DNA from: Buchnera aphidicola str. APS (Acyrthosiphon pisum)
Lineage (GTDB): Bacteria; Pseudomonadota; Gammaproteobacteria; Enterobacterales; Enterobacteriaceae
Assembly: GCF_000009605.1 (NCBI RefSeq)
Contig: NC_002528.1
Location: 420,001 to 452,000 of the forward strand
Direction: 5' to 3'
DNA: 32,000 nucleotides
The notes under the pieces are model-generated. The model made no database searches. It saw only the letters and a list, made by a program, of their open reading frames with translations, and was not told where the DNA came from. This document shows, piece after piece, positions 20,103 to 29,315 of the stretch. Positions within the stretch are counted from its first letter, which is position 1. Every line of letters starts with the position of its first letter. The translations under genes and the position numbers were made by a program.

Positions 20103-22739
20103 ATGAAAAAAACAACAGATAAAATACGTCAAGATTTCTTAAAATTTTTTAAAGAAAAAGGTCATATGATTATTCCCAGTAGTTCTTTAGTTCCTTATAA
20201 TGATTCTACATTATTATTTACTAATGCAGGAATGAATCAATTTAAAGAAATCTTTTTAGGTGAAAAAAAAAGCAATTATCCACGTGTTGCTACTGTACAA
20301 AGATGTTTAAGAACTGGAGGAAAACATAATGATTTAGAAAATGTTGGATATACTTCAAAACATCATACATTTTTCGAAATGCTTGGAAATTTTAGTTTTG
20401 GAGACTATTTTAAAAAACAAGCTATTGAGTATGCTTGGGAATTGTTAACATCAAAAAAATGGTTTAACATACCACAAAATAAATTATGGATTTCAGTATA
20501 TAAAGATGATACTGAAACATATAAAATTTGGAATGACATCATTAAAATACCTTCAGAACGTATTATTAGAATAGGTGACAAAAATAAAGAGAAATACAAT
20601 TCTGAAAATTTTTGGCAAATGGGTGATACTGGTCCATGTGGTCCTTGTACTGAAATATTTTATGATTATTCAGATACAATGAAAATTGATCCAATAGAGT
20701 TTTTAGAAAATAAAAACGGCCGTTTTGTTGAAATTTGGAATATTGTTTTTATAGAATTCAATCGTATCTCCAAGACAAAAATTATTTCTTTAAAAAATAA
20801 ATCCATAGATACAGGCATGGGATTAGAAAGAATATCTGCTGTTTTACAAAATGTGTATTCTAACTATCATATAGATGTATTTCAAAAACTAATAAAAAAT
20901 ATAGCTCAATTAAGCTCTATAAATAATTTAGACCATATTTCTTTTCAAGTAATAGCTGACCATATTAGATCCTGTTCATACATTATTGCAGATAATATTC
21001 TTCCATCAAATGAACATAGAGGTTATATTTTAAGAAGAATTATCAGAAGAGCATTAAGACATGGACATAAAATCGGAATTAAAAAAAATTTTTTTCATAA
21101 ACTAGTATCTAGTGTAATTCACGTTATGGGAAAAACTGGTGATATTTTAAAAGAAAAACAAGAAAAAATAGAAAATGTTTTAAAAATAGAAGAAATGCAA
21201 TTTTCCTATACACTTGAAAAAGGTTTAAAAATATTAAATTCTGAAATAGAAAAAATAGATAATAATATACTATCTGGAAAAACTGCATTTTATCTTTATG
21301 ATACCTTTGGATTTCCGATTGATTTAACATCTGATGTTTGTCGTGAAAAAAATATTAAAATAGATTATAATAGCTATGAACTAGCTAAAGAAAAACAAAA
21401 AGAACAATCTAATATCAATAAAAAATTTTATAAAAATTATAACAACAATATTATTCTAAATGATACCTGTATTTTTGAAGGTTATACAAAAACTATAACC
21501 CGATCATTAGTAAAATATATTTTTGTAAATAATCAATCTGTTTCGAAAATTATAAAAGATGAAAAAGGCGTAATTTTTCTAGATAAAACGCCATTTTATA
21601 GTGAATCAGGAGGTCAAATAGGTGATATAGGTCAGTTATATCATAAAAAATCATCTTTTCTAGTAGAAAAGACAAAAAAATATGGAAAAACAATAGGACA
21701 TATTGGAAAATTAATTTCAGGGCAAATTACACTAAATGATTCTCTTTTTAGCCATATTGATGAAGATTATAGATATGCAATTCAATTAAATCATTCAGCT
21801 ACGCATTTATTACATGCTACACTGCGCAAAATTCTAGGGGACAGTATTGTTCAAAAAGGTTCTTTAGTAACTAATACATATTTGAGATTTGATTTTTCTT
21901 ATGTTAAATCGATAGACACATCTCAAATTCAAAAGATTGAAAATATTATTAATACGAATATTCGTAATAATATTAAAATTAAAACTGAAGAATTAAATTT
22001 AGAAGAAGCTAAAAAGAAAAAAGCAATGGCTCTTTTTGATGATCAGTACGGTTCTATTGTACGAGTCGTATTCATAAATAATTTTTCTATCGAGCTTTGT
22101 GGTGGAACACATACTCAAAGGACTGGTGATATCGGACTATTTAAAATTATTTCTCAATCAAGTGTAGCATCAGGAATTAAAAGAATTGAAGCTGTAACAG
22201 GACAAAAAGCTATAGATTATTTACATGAAAAAGATAATTATATAAAAGATATCTCTCTCTTACTGAATTGCAGTACTGTTGATATTAAAGAAAAAACTAA
22301 AAAACTTACAATAAAAACAAAAAATCTAGAGAAAAAAATAATTCAACTACAAAAAAAAGAAAACACACAATACATAAAAAAAATACTTAAAAATGTTACT
22401 GAGATAAAAGGAACTAAACTTTTAACTAATATTTTTTATGATTATGAACAAAAATCATTAAGAATGATAGTTGATCAATTGAAAAAAGAACTAAAAAATA
22501 CAATTATTATCTTAATAAATATTATCAATAATCGTTTTACGATTATTGTAGGTGTAACAAGAAATTTACTTGATTATATAACAGCAATAAAAATTATGGA
22601 GATGATTATTAATAAAACAAACGGGAAAGGTGGTGGAAAAAAAGAAATTGCTGAAGGAGGAGGTGCTAATACAAAACAACTACCTAGTATTTTAAATACT
22701 ATAAAATTATGGATTAATGATAAATTAAATGAAAAATAA
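20103..22739 (+). CDS. alaS: Alanine--tRNA ligase AlaS
   Basis: An 878-aa protein when started from ATG 20103 (MKKTTDKIRQDFLKFF... aligns with residue 1 of E. coli AlaS). Motifs include TNAGMNQFK, HHTFFEMLGNFSFGDYFK and the editing-domain HxxxH/CGGTH. The 18 extra codons in the ORF track, from TTG 20049, have no counterpart in AlaS. Confidence 0.97.
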   Translation: MKKTTDKIRQDFLKFFKEKGHMIIPSSSLVPYNDSTLLFTNAGMNQFKEIFLGEKKSNYPRVATVQRCLRTGGKHNDLENVGYTSKHHTFFEMLGNFSFGDYFKKQAIEYAWELLTSKKWFNIPQNKLWISVYKDDTETYKIWNDIIKIPSERIIRIGDKNKEKYNSENFWQMGDTGPCGPCTEIFYDYSDTMKIDPIEFLENKNGRFVEIWNIVFIEFNRISKTKIISLKNKSIDTGMGLERISAVLQNVYSNYHIDVFQKLIKNIAQLSSINNLDHISFQVIADHIRSCSYIIADNILPSNEHRGYILRRIIRRALRHGHKIGIKKNFFHKLVSSVIHVMGKTGDILKEKQEKIENVLKIEEMQFSYTLEKGLKILNSEIEKIDNNILSGKTAFYLYDTFGFPIDLTSDVCREKNIKIDYNSYELAKEKQKEQSNINKKFYKNYNNNIILNDTCIFEGYTKTITRSLVKYIFVNNQSVSKIIKDEKGVIFLDKTPFYSESGGQIGDIGQLYHKKSSFLVEKTKKYGKTIGHIGKLISGQITLNDSLFSHIDEDYRYAIQLNHSATHLLHATLRKILGDSIVQKGSLVTNTYLRFDFSYVKSIDTSQIQKIENIINTNIRNNIKIKTEELNLEEAKKKKAMALFDDQYGSIVRVVFINNFSIELCGGTHTQRTGDIGLFKIISQSSVASGIKRIEAVTGQKAIDYLHEKDNYIKDISLLLNCSTVDIKEKTKKLTIKTKNLEKKIIQLQKKENTQYIKKILKNVTEIKGTKLLTNIFYDYEQKSLRMIVDQLKKELKNTIIILINIINNRFTIIVGVTRNLLDYITAIKIMEMIINKTNGKGGGKKEIAEGGGANTKQLPSILNTIKLWINDKLNEK

Positions 22740-22933
22740 AAAACCAGTATTTTTTATATATATTGTATATTAAATGAACTAAATATTAAAAAATTTGTTA
22801 GTTAAAAATTTACTGAAAAATATGTAATTAGAATATACTATAAAATATATTGTGATTTACGTTTAACCCTATATTATTCATGACGTTAGGAACGAAAGAG
22901 ACCGAACTCTTTTGATCTTTCAAGGAACAAAGA

Positions 22934-23107
22934 ATGCTTATTCTAACTCGTCGGGTCGGCGAAACATTAATAATTGGCGATGAAATAACTGTAACAGTAC
23001 TAGGAGTAAAAGGAAACCAAGTACGTATTGGTGTAAATGCCCCTAAAGAAGTTTCGGTACATCGTGAAGAAATATATCAACGTATTCAAGCTGAGAAAAA
23101 AAAATAA
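22934..23107 (+). CDS. csrA: Carbon storage regulator CsrA
   Basis: A 57-aa ORF absent from the ORF track: [57 protein letters not shown]. It is near-identical to E. coli CsrA. An AAGGA Shine-Dalgarno lies 7 nt upstream, and the alaS-csrA-serV synteny is preserved. Confidence 0.97.
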
Positions 23108-23122
23108 AAAATATAATCCATA

Positions 23123-23153
23123 CTACGTCTTACTGTACTCAAGTAAGATGTAG
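23123..23153 (+). terminator. Hairpin downstream of csrA (possible terminator)
   Basis: A 12-bp stem CTACGTCTTACT / AGTAAGATGTAG with one G-U pair and a 7-nt loop, starting 16 nt after the csrA stop. The downstream T-tract is weak (CTTGAATATTTAATTTTT). Confidence 0.45.
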
Positions 23154-23212
23154 CTTGAATATTTAATTTTTCAATAAACTGAAAAAGACATCATTGATAT
23201 AAAAAAATATGT

Positions 23213-23240
23213 TTGACTTATATAAAAAAAAAAGTAAAAT
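23213..23240 (+). promoter_or_regulatory. Candidate sigma-70 promoter for the tRNA-Ser/tRNA-Arg pair
   Basis: TTGACT (23213..23218), a 16-nt spacer, then TAAAAT (23235..23240). It ends about 25 nt upstream of the tRNA-Ser 5' end. In DNA this AT-rich, -10-like hexamers occur by chance, so the call rests mainly on the good -35 element. Confidence 0.35.
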
Positions 23241-23265
23241 AAAATAAAAATATCTTTTATAGTTA

Positions 23266-23357
23266 GGTGAGATGGCCGAGAGGATTAAGGCGCTCCCCTG
23301 CTAAGGGAGTATGCAGAAATACCTGCATCGAGGGTTCGAATCCCTCTCTCACCGCCA
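23266..23357 (+). tRNA. serV: tRNA-Ser (anticodon GCU)
   Basis: Sequence GGTGAGATGGCCGAGAGGATTAAGGCGCTCCCCTGCTAAGGGAGTATGCAGAAATACCTGCATCGAGGGTTCGAATCCCTCTCTCACCGCCA. It is a class II tRNA with anticodon loop CTGCTAA and an encoded CCA. Confidence 0.96.
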
Positions 23358-23374
23358 CCAATTAAATTTTTATT

Positions 23375-23448
23375 GCATCCGTAGCTCAGTTGGATAGAGT
23401 ACTCGGCTACGAACCGAGCGGTCGGAGGTTCGAATCCTTCCGGATGCA
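23375..23448 (+). tRNA. argV: tRNA-Arg (anticodon ACG)
   Basis: Sequence GCATCCGTAGCTCAGTTGGATAGAGTACTCGGCTACGAACCGAGCGGTCGGAGGTTCGAATCCTTCCGGATGCA. The anticodon loop is CTACGAA. No CCA is encoded; AAA follows the discriminator base. Confidence 0.96.
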
Positions 23449-23564
23449 AAAATAAAGAATCAAAATCATCTCTCAACTAAAAAACAAAAAAAGTATCGAT
23501 AAAAATAATAAATTTAAAAATATTTTTACAAAAGTATTTGAATATTTTAGATTAGGAGATAACA

Positions 23565-25121
23565 TTGATAGAAGATATCTCAAAAAAAATCGCTTGGTTA
23601 AAAAAAAATCCAAAAATGTTAAAAGGAATTTTTCGAGGAATCGAACGTGAAACCTTAAGAATTCAAAAAAATGGACATTTTTCTAAAACAATACATCCGT
23701 ATTTAATCGGATCCTCTTTAACACATAAATGGATTACTACAGACTTTTCGGAAAATTTATTAGAATTCATCACACCTACTAGCGATAATATAGATTATTT
23801 ATTATCCTTTTTAACAGATCTTCATTCTTTTACAGCATCAAAAATAAAGAATGAACGCATGTGGCCTTTTAGCATCCCTTATTGTTTTAACGATCAAACA
23901 AATATTCAAATAGCTCAATATGGAAAATCTAATATTGGAAAAATGAAAACTACTTATAGAATAGGTTTAAAAAATCGCTACGGCGATTTGATAAATACTA
24001 TTTCAGGTATACACTATAATTTTTCATTACCTTTGTTTTTTTGGACAAACTGGGAAAATAATCAAAATAAAAAAAATAATACTGATCTTATTTCATCTGG
24101 ATACTTAAATTTAATCAGAAATTATTATCGATTTGGTTGGATTGTTCCGTATTTGTTTGGATCATCACCAGCAATATCATCATTTTTTTTAAAGAATACA
24201 AAAAAAAAATATAAATTTAAAAAAAATAAAGAAGATATATTTTATTTGCCATGGTCTACTTCATTAAGACTTAGTGACATTGGATATTCTAACACTAACA
24301 TTCTAGACCTAAATATTATGTTTAATGATTTTAATGAATATATTGAATCATTTCAAAACGCCCTGAAAACACCATCAAAAAAATTTATTAATATAGGATT
24401 AAAAGATGAACATGGCAATTTCAAACAATTAAATACTAATATTTTGCAAATAGAAAACGAACTTTACACTCAAATAAGACCCAAAAGAAAAACAAAAGAT
24501 GGAGAATCTCTTCTAGAAGCGTTAAAAAATAGGGGTATTGAATATGTTGAAATACGTTCTTTAGATGTCAATCCATTTTCACCTATAGGAATAAATAAAA
24601 ATCAAATACTTTTATTAGATCTATTTTTAATTTGGTGTGCTTTAATCGATTCACCTAAAATTGATAAAACAGATTTTTTATTGACAACTAAAAATTGGGA
24701 AAGAATTATTTATGAAGGAAGAAAACCTAATCAGAAGATTTATATTAACAATAACAATGAAACAAAAACATTAATTGAAATAGGGCAAATTATATTTAAA
24801 GATTTAAATGAAATTGCTTTGATACTCGATTCCAATTCAAATGATTTATTATATCAAAAAGCATGTAAAGAAACTCAATTATTTTTAAAAAATCCAGAAT
24901 TAACTTATTCTGCTCAATGTTTAAATTTTTTAATGACAACCGGAATAAAAAAAACAGGTCTCTATTTGGCAAATAAATACCACGAAAAATTTATTAATAA
25001 AAATTACTTCAACTTAAATCAAAGTGTTTTAGAACAAGAAGTTATACGTTCTCATCAAAAAAAAATAGAAATAGAGAGAGAAGATATATTATCATTTGAA
25101 GAATACATTAGAAACAAATAA
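23565..25121 (+). CDS. gshA: Glutamate--cysteine ligase GshA
   Basis: 518-aa ORF beginning at TTG with an AGGAG Shine-Dalgarno 6 nt upstream. The N-terminus MIxDxSxxxAWLxKxPxxLKGIxRGxERETLR is colinear with E. coli GshA. Confidence 0.95.
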   Translation: MIEDISKKIAWLKKNPKMLKGIFRGIERETLRIQKNGHFSKTIHPYLIGSSLTHKWITTDFSENLLEFITPTSDNIDYLLSFLTDLHSFTASKIKNERMWPFSIPYCFNDQTNIQIAQYGKSNIGKMKTTYRIGLKNRYGDLINTISGIHYNFSLPLFFWTNWENNQNKKNNTDLISSGYLNLIRNYYRFGWIVPYLFGSSPAISSFFLKNTKKKYKFKKNKEDIFYLPWSTSLRLSDIGYSNTNILDLNIMFNDFNEYIESFQNALKTPSKKFINIGLKDEHGNFKQLNTNILQIENELYTQIRPKRKTKDGESLLEALKNRGIEYVEIRSLDVNPFSPIGINKNQILLLDLFLIWCALIDSPKIDKTDFLLTTKNWERIIYEGRKPNQKIYINNNNETKTLIEIGQIIFKDLNEIALILDSNSNDLLYQKACKETQLFLKNPELTYSAQCLNFLMTTGIKKTGLYLANKYHEKFINKNYFNLNQSVLEQEVIRSHQKKIEIEREDILSFEEYIRNK

Positions 25122-25124
25122 TTC

Positions 25125-25146
25125 TCCCATGCTAACAAACATGGGA
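25125..25146. terminator. Short hairpin between convergent gshA and metK (weak terminator candidate)
   Basis: A 7-bp stem TCCCATG (25125..25131) / CATGGGA (25140..25146) with an 8-nt loop, starting 4 nt after the gshA stop. No clear U-tract follows on either strand. Confidence 0.3.
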
Positions 25147-25267
25147 TGTACATAAAGATAATAATACATGCTTTCATATTGCATACACTTTTTCTACATT
25201 TAAATAGTATTTTTAAGATATTCTATCTTTAAAAAAATCAAATTATCAAATTATCAAAATAATTCTC

Positions 25268-26404
25268 TTAAGATAATTCATTTACCTTGTCAAGATTTTC
25301 CCATGGAAATTCTTTTCTACCAAAATGTCCATATACTGCTGTTTTTAAATAAATAGGCTGAAGAAGATTAAGCATTTTAATTAATCCATACGGACGCAAA
25401 TCAAAAATACTACGAACCAAAGAAATTAAAGCACTATTGCTTATTTTTCCAGTATTGAAAGTATCTATCATAATAGAAATAGGTTCGGCTATTCCAATAG
25501 CGTATGAAAGTTGAATTTCACAACGAGCGGCCAAACCAGAAGCAACAATATTTTTAGCTACGTATCTAGCAGCATATGCTGCAGAACGGTCTACTTTTGA
25601 AGGATCTTTACCAGAAAAAGCACCACCGCCATGTCTAGACATGCCTCCATAGGTATCAACAATAATCTTTCGACCAGTTACACCACAGTCCCCCATAGGC
25701 CCCCCTATTACAAATCTACCTGTGGGATTAATAAAAAATTTTGTATTCTTTGTTAACCATTTATCTGGCAATACTGGTTTAATAATTTCATCCATAACTG
25801 CTTCTTTTAAATATTTCTGAGTAATGTTTTCTTGATGTTGTGTAGATAAAACAACAGTATCTATTGCTATTATATTTCCATTATTATATTTAAATGTAAC
25901 TTGACTTTTAGCATCAGGTCTGAGCCAAGGAAGAATATTTTTTTTTCTCAATTCGGATTGTTTTTGCATTAAAAGATGAGCGTAAGTAATAGGTGCTGGC
26001 ATGAAAAATTCAGTTTCATTAGTAGCATAACCAAATATAATTCCTTGATCTCCTGCTCCTTGTTTTAAAGGATCAAAACGATTTATACCTTGATTAATAT
26101 CTGGTGATTGTTTTCCAATTGCACTTAATACTGCACAAGAATTAGCATCGAATCCTGCATCAGAATTAACATATCCGATATCATTAATAGTCTTTCGAGT
26201 AATTTCTTCAACATCAACCCATGCAGTTGTAGTAATCTCTCCACCAATCAAAACCATTCCTGTTTTTACATAAGTCTCACAAGCAACACGTGCTTTAAGA
26301 TCTTGTTTAAGTATTTCATCAAGAAGAGCGTCAGAAATTTGATCTGCAATTTTATCTGGATGGCCTTCTGAAACTGATTCAGATGTAAAAAGATACTCGG
26401 TCAT
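25268..26404 (-). CDS. metK: S-adenosylmethionine synthase MetK
   Basis: 378-aa ORF with [18 protein letters not shown], GAGDQGIxFGYA and [19 protein letters not shown]. Confidence 0.98.
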   Translation of the reverse strand: MTEYLFTSESVSEGHPDKIADQISDALLDEILKQDLKARVACETYVKTGMVLIGGEITTTAWVDVEEITRKTINDIGYVNSDAGFDANSCAVLSAIGKQSPDINQGINRFDPLKQGAGDQGIIFGYATNETEFFMPAPITYAHLLMQKQSELRKKNILPWLRPDAKSQVTFKYNNGNIIAIDTVVLSTQHQENITQKYLKEAVMDEIIKPVLPDKWLTKNTKFFINPTGRFVIGGPMGDCGVTGRKIIVDTYGGMSRHGGGAFSGKDPSKVDRSAAYAARYVAKNIVASGLAARCEIQLSYAIGIAEPISIMIDTFNTGKISNSALISLVRSIFDLRPYGLIKMLNLLQPIYLKTAVYGHFGRKEFPWENLDKVNELS

Positions 26405-26678
26405 TTTATATATTTACCTTATTTTAAAATAATTGTATCTTTATATTTTTAAGAAACAAAAATAAATGTAGTATAGATTAAGATCTATATTGTTTTTAAT
26501 TTACAAAAAAGTCTTACTTTATTATAATATTTTTTATATATAAAAAAATTACAAATAGATATTTATTATTAATATATAAAATATAATATATTTTTTAACA
26601 TAAAAAAACGATATGTTTTTATTTTTTAATAACAACATATTAAAAAATTTTGTTTTTTAAAAATAGAAAAAATAAAAA

Positions 26679-27391
26679 ATGATAAAAAAAATGTTTATTG
26701 TTATAATAAGTATGTTTTTTTTTTCTCTTCAAACAAAAGAAGCTATTTTAAAAAAAAAACTATAGAAAATTTCTATCAAGCAAAAATTATATCAATTAAA
26801 ATTCATAAAAATGCACCTGGGTCTTTTTACTGTGGATGTCAAATTATTTGGAAGCAAAAAAAAGGAATTCCTAATCTATATTCTTGTGGGTATAAAATTC
26901 GAAAAAATAAAAATCGTGCTACAAGAATTGAATGGGAGCACGTAGTACCAGCCTGGCAATTTGGACATCAAAAAACATGCTGGAAAAAAGGAGGTCGTAA
27001 AAAATGCATGGAAGATAAAAAATACAAACATATTGAATCTGACCTTCATAATTTACAGCCAGCTATTGGCGAAATAAATGGAGATCGCTCTAATTTTATG
27101 TATGGTCAGTTAAATAATAGTGTTGCACAATATGGAAGATGTAACATGAAAATAGATTTTAAACGAAAAATAGTAGAACCACCTGAAAGAGCTCGAGGTG
27201 CTATAGCCAGAACGTATTTTTATATGAATAAAAAATATAATATTATATTATCAGAAAAAGAAAGAAAAATGTTTACAATATGGGATAAAATTTTCCCCGT
27301 AACAAAATGGGAATGTGAAAGAGAAAAATTAATATTCAACATACAGGGTAATCACAACGATTATGTTTACAAGCACTGCTATAAAAAATAA
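26679..27391 (+). pseudogene. endA: Endonuclease I (EndA), reading frame interrupted at an A10 tract (frameshifted, or slippage-dependent)
   Basis: The frame from ATG 26679 encodes a Sec-type signal peptide, [27 protein letters not shown], then hits TAG at 26763. The -1 frame from 26762 to 27391 encodes [26 protein letters not shown]...[15 protein letters not shown]...[15 protein letters not shown]...[12 protein letters not shown], which is colinear with mature E. coli EndA. The two frames meet in the A10 run at 26750..26759. Confidence 0.9.
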
Positions 27392-28124
27392 AAAAATTCC
27401 GCGTATATATATTGAAGATGATTTAGATCTTAATCAATTTTATTTTTTATCAGATGAAAATAGACATTATGTTACAAAAGTTTTAAGAATGAAGATTGAA
27501 GATATCTTAGAAATATTTAATAACACTCACTATATTTTTTTTGCTAAGATAATAGATATTTCTAAGAAAATTATTAAAATTCAAACTTTTAAAAAAATAT
27601 TAAAAAATTTAGAATCTCCACTACATATCCATTTAGGACAAGTTATTTCTAAAAATGAAAAAATGGATTTTACAATTCAAAAATCAATTGAAATAGGTGT
27701 TAAAACCATTACACCATTGTTTTTTGAAAATGATCATTTTCAAAAAAAAAGAATAAATTTTTCTAATAAAATCAAACGTTGGGAAAAAATAGCTATTTCT
27801 GCATGTCGACAGTGTAATCGTAATATTATACCAAAAATTAAAATTCCCATGAATGTCTTTCATTGGTGTGAAAACAATCAAAATAATGATAAAAAAATCA
27901 TTTTTCATCCCAAGTCTACATTAACGATGAAATGTCTAACCGAACCTATAAAATATATCCAAATAATTATTGGATCTGAAAGAGGTTTTTTTAATGATGA
28001 ATTTCAAAAAATTATTAAATATGGATTTATTCCTATAAGATTAGGTCCTAGAATTTTAAGAACAGAGACAGCTTCCGTTGTAGCCATTACTGCATTGCAA
28101 ACAATGTTTGGTGATTTTAAGTAA
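27363..28124 (+). CDS. rsmE: 16S rRNA (uracil1498-N3)-methyltransferase RsmE (YggJ)
   Basis: 253-aa ORF with IPRIY near the N-terminus, then [28 protein letters not shown] and [11 protein letters not shown]. It lies downstream of endA, as in E. coli. The ATG start overlaps the endA 3' end by 29 nt. Confidence 0.92.
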   Translation: MFTSTAIKNKKIPRIYIEDDLDLNQFYFLSDENRHYVTKVLRMKIEDILEIFNNTHYIFFAKIIDISKKIIKIQTFKKILKNLESPLHIHLGQVISKNEKMDFTIQKSIEIGVKTITPLFFENDHFQKKRINFSNKIKRWEKIAISACRQCNRNIIPKIKIPMNVFHWCENNQNNDKKIIFHPKSTLTMKCLTEPIKYIQIIIGSERGFFNDEFQKIIKYGFIPIRLGPRILRTETASVVAITALQTMFGDFK

Positions 28125-28197
28125 ATTTAATAAGTCTTGATTATTTTTAATTTGTATTATTTTTAAAAGTAAAAAATTTTAAATATATAAAATATAA

Positions 28198-28869
28198 TTA
28201 TCTATTTTCTTTTTTATTAATAGTTCGTATTCCTTTTTGTGTTCCAATCAAAACAATATCGGCGCTTCTAGAAGCAAATAAACCAACTGTAACTACTCCG
28301 GGTAATGAATTAATTTTTTTTTCCATCGATATAGGATCTTTTATACATAAATTATATACATCTATAATTATATTTCCATTGTCCGTAATAACATTTTTAC
28401 GATATTTTGGCGTTCCACCAATTTTTATCATTTCTCGAAAAATATAAGAAAGAGCCATTGGAATAATTTCAATTGGTAGAGGAAATGTTCCAAGAACATC
28501 TACTTTTTTTGATTTGTCAATAATACAAACAAATTTTTTTGACATTGAAGCAATAATTTTTTCTCTTGTTAAAGCACCTCCTCCACCTTTAATCATTTGC
28601 ATATGATTATTGATTTCATCGGCACTATCGACATAAATAGCAAGAGAACTAAAATTTTTTAAATCAAAAACTTCTATACCGTGTTTTTTTAATAAAACAG
28701 TAGACGAATTAGAACTAGATACGGCTCCATATATCAAATTTTTTATCGTACCGAGTGCTTCAATGAAATAAAAAATAGTTGTACCGGTTCCAACTCCAAT
28801 GATCGTACCAGGATCAATATAATCTAGTGCCGCCCAAGCTGCTTTTTTTTTTAGTTTGTTTAAATTCAT
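28198..28869 (-). CDS. rpiA: Ribose-5-phosphate isomerase A
   Basis: 223-aa ORF with GVGTGTT, DSADEI and [11 protein letters not shown]. Confidence 0.96.
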   Translation of the reverse strand: MNLNKLKKKAAWAALDYIDPGTIIGVGTGTTIFYFIEALGTIKNLIYGAVSSSNSSTVLLKKHGIEVFDLKNFSSLAIYVDSADEINNHMQMIKGGGGALTREKIIASMSKKFVCIIDKSKKVDVLGTFPLPIEIIPMALSYIFREMIKIGGTPKYRKNVITDNGNIIIDVYNLCIKDPISMEKKINSLPGVVTVGLFASRSADIVLIGTQKGIRTINKKENR

Positions 28870-29055
28870 GATATAGAAGATTATTTTATTTTAAATAAAA
28901 ATTTTAAAATCGAAAATAGTGGCTTTTTAATCTAATTCAATTGACATCTAATATATAATTAAAAATAAATAATTTTATAAAACACATTGTCATTCTTTAT
29001 TTGAAGGAAAATTGTTTAATAGAAAAGTCAAAAATAAAAGATAGTTTTATTAGAT

Positions 29056-29130
29056 TGGCTGGGGTACCTGGATTCGAACCAGGGATGCCGGTATCAAAAA
29101 CCGGTGCCTTAACCACTTGGCTATACCCCA
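29056..29130 (-). tRNA. glnU: tRNA-Gln (anticodon UUG)
   Basis: The reverse complement reads TGGGGTATAGCCAAGTGGTTAAGGCACCGGTTTTTGATACCGGCATCCCTGGTTCGAATCCAGGTACCCCAGCCA. It has the U1-A72 pair typical of tRNA-Gln, anticodon loop TTTTGAT, and an encoded CCA. Confidence 0.96.
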
Positions 29131-29222
29131 TTTTATAAAATATTTTTTAGTTTTTTTATTTATTTTTATTAGAATTTAATTAAAATTATTTTAAATAATT
29201 TTCTAAATTGTATTAAGTAATA

Positions 29223-29304
29223 TACGGGAGGCGAGATTTGAACTCGCACACCTTTCGGCGCCAGAACCTAAATCTGGTGCGTCTACCAATTTCGCCACTC
29301 CCGC
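29223..29304 (-). tRNA. leuW: tRNA-Leu (anticodon UAG)
   Basis: The reverse complement reads GCGGGAGTGGCGAAATTGGTAGACGCACCAGATTTAGGTTCTGGCGCCGAAAGGTGTGCGAGTTCAAATCTCGCCTCCCGTA. It is a class II tRNA with anticodon loop TTTAGGT. No CCA is encoded. Confidence 0.95.
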
Positions 29305-29315
29305 TCTATTAAAAA

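Noticed and set aside
20405-21330. ORFs 20405..20599 (-) and 21124..21330 (-) inside alaS.
   Set aside because: Both are shadow ORFs antisense to alaS.
23285-23476. A 63-aa minus-strand ORF spanning the tRNA-Ser and tRNA-Arg genes.
   Set aside because: Its open frame arises from the G/C-rich tRNA sequences read in antisense, and the tRNA cloverleaves fully explain this DNA.
25237-25260. A tandem 8-mer, ATCAAATT ATCAAATT ATCAAAAT, just downstream of the metK stop.
   Set aside because: It has only three short AT-only copies, consistent with replication slippage in low-complexity DNA. It has no spacer-repeat architecture, so it is not CRISPR-like, and no obvious function.
27008-27391. The 127-aa ORF-track entry considered as a stand-alone gene.
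   Set aside because: It is the C-terminal part of endA, starting at an internal Met. The same frame is open and EndA-homologous back to 26762, so the real issue is the A10 frameshift reported in the findings.
27684-27908. A 74-aa minus-strand ORF inside rsmE.
   Set aside because: It is antisense to rsmE, with no motif or ribosome-binding site.
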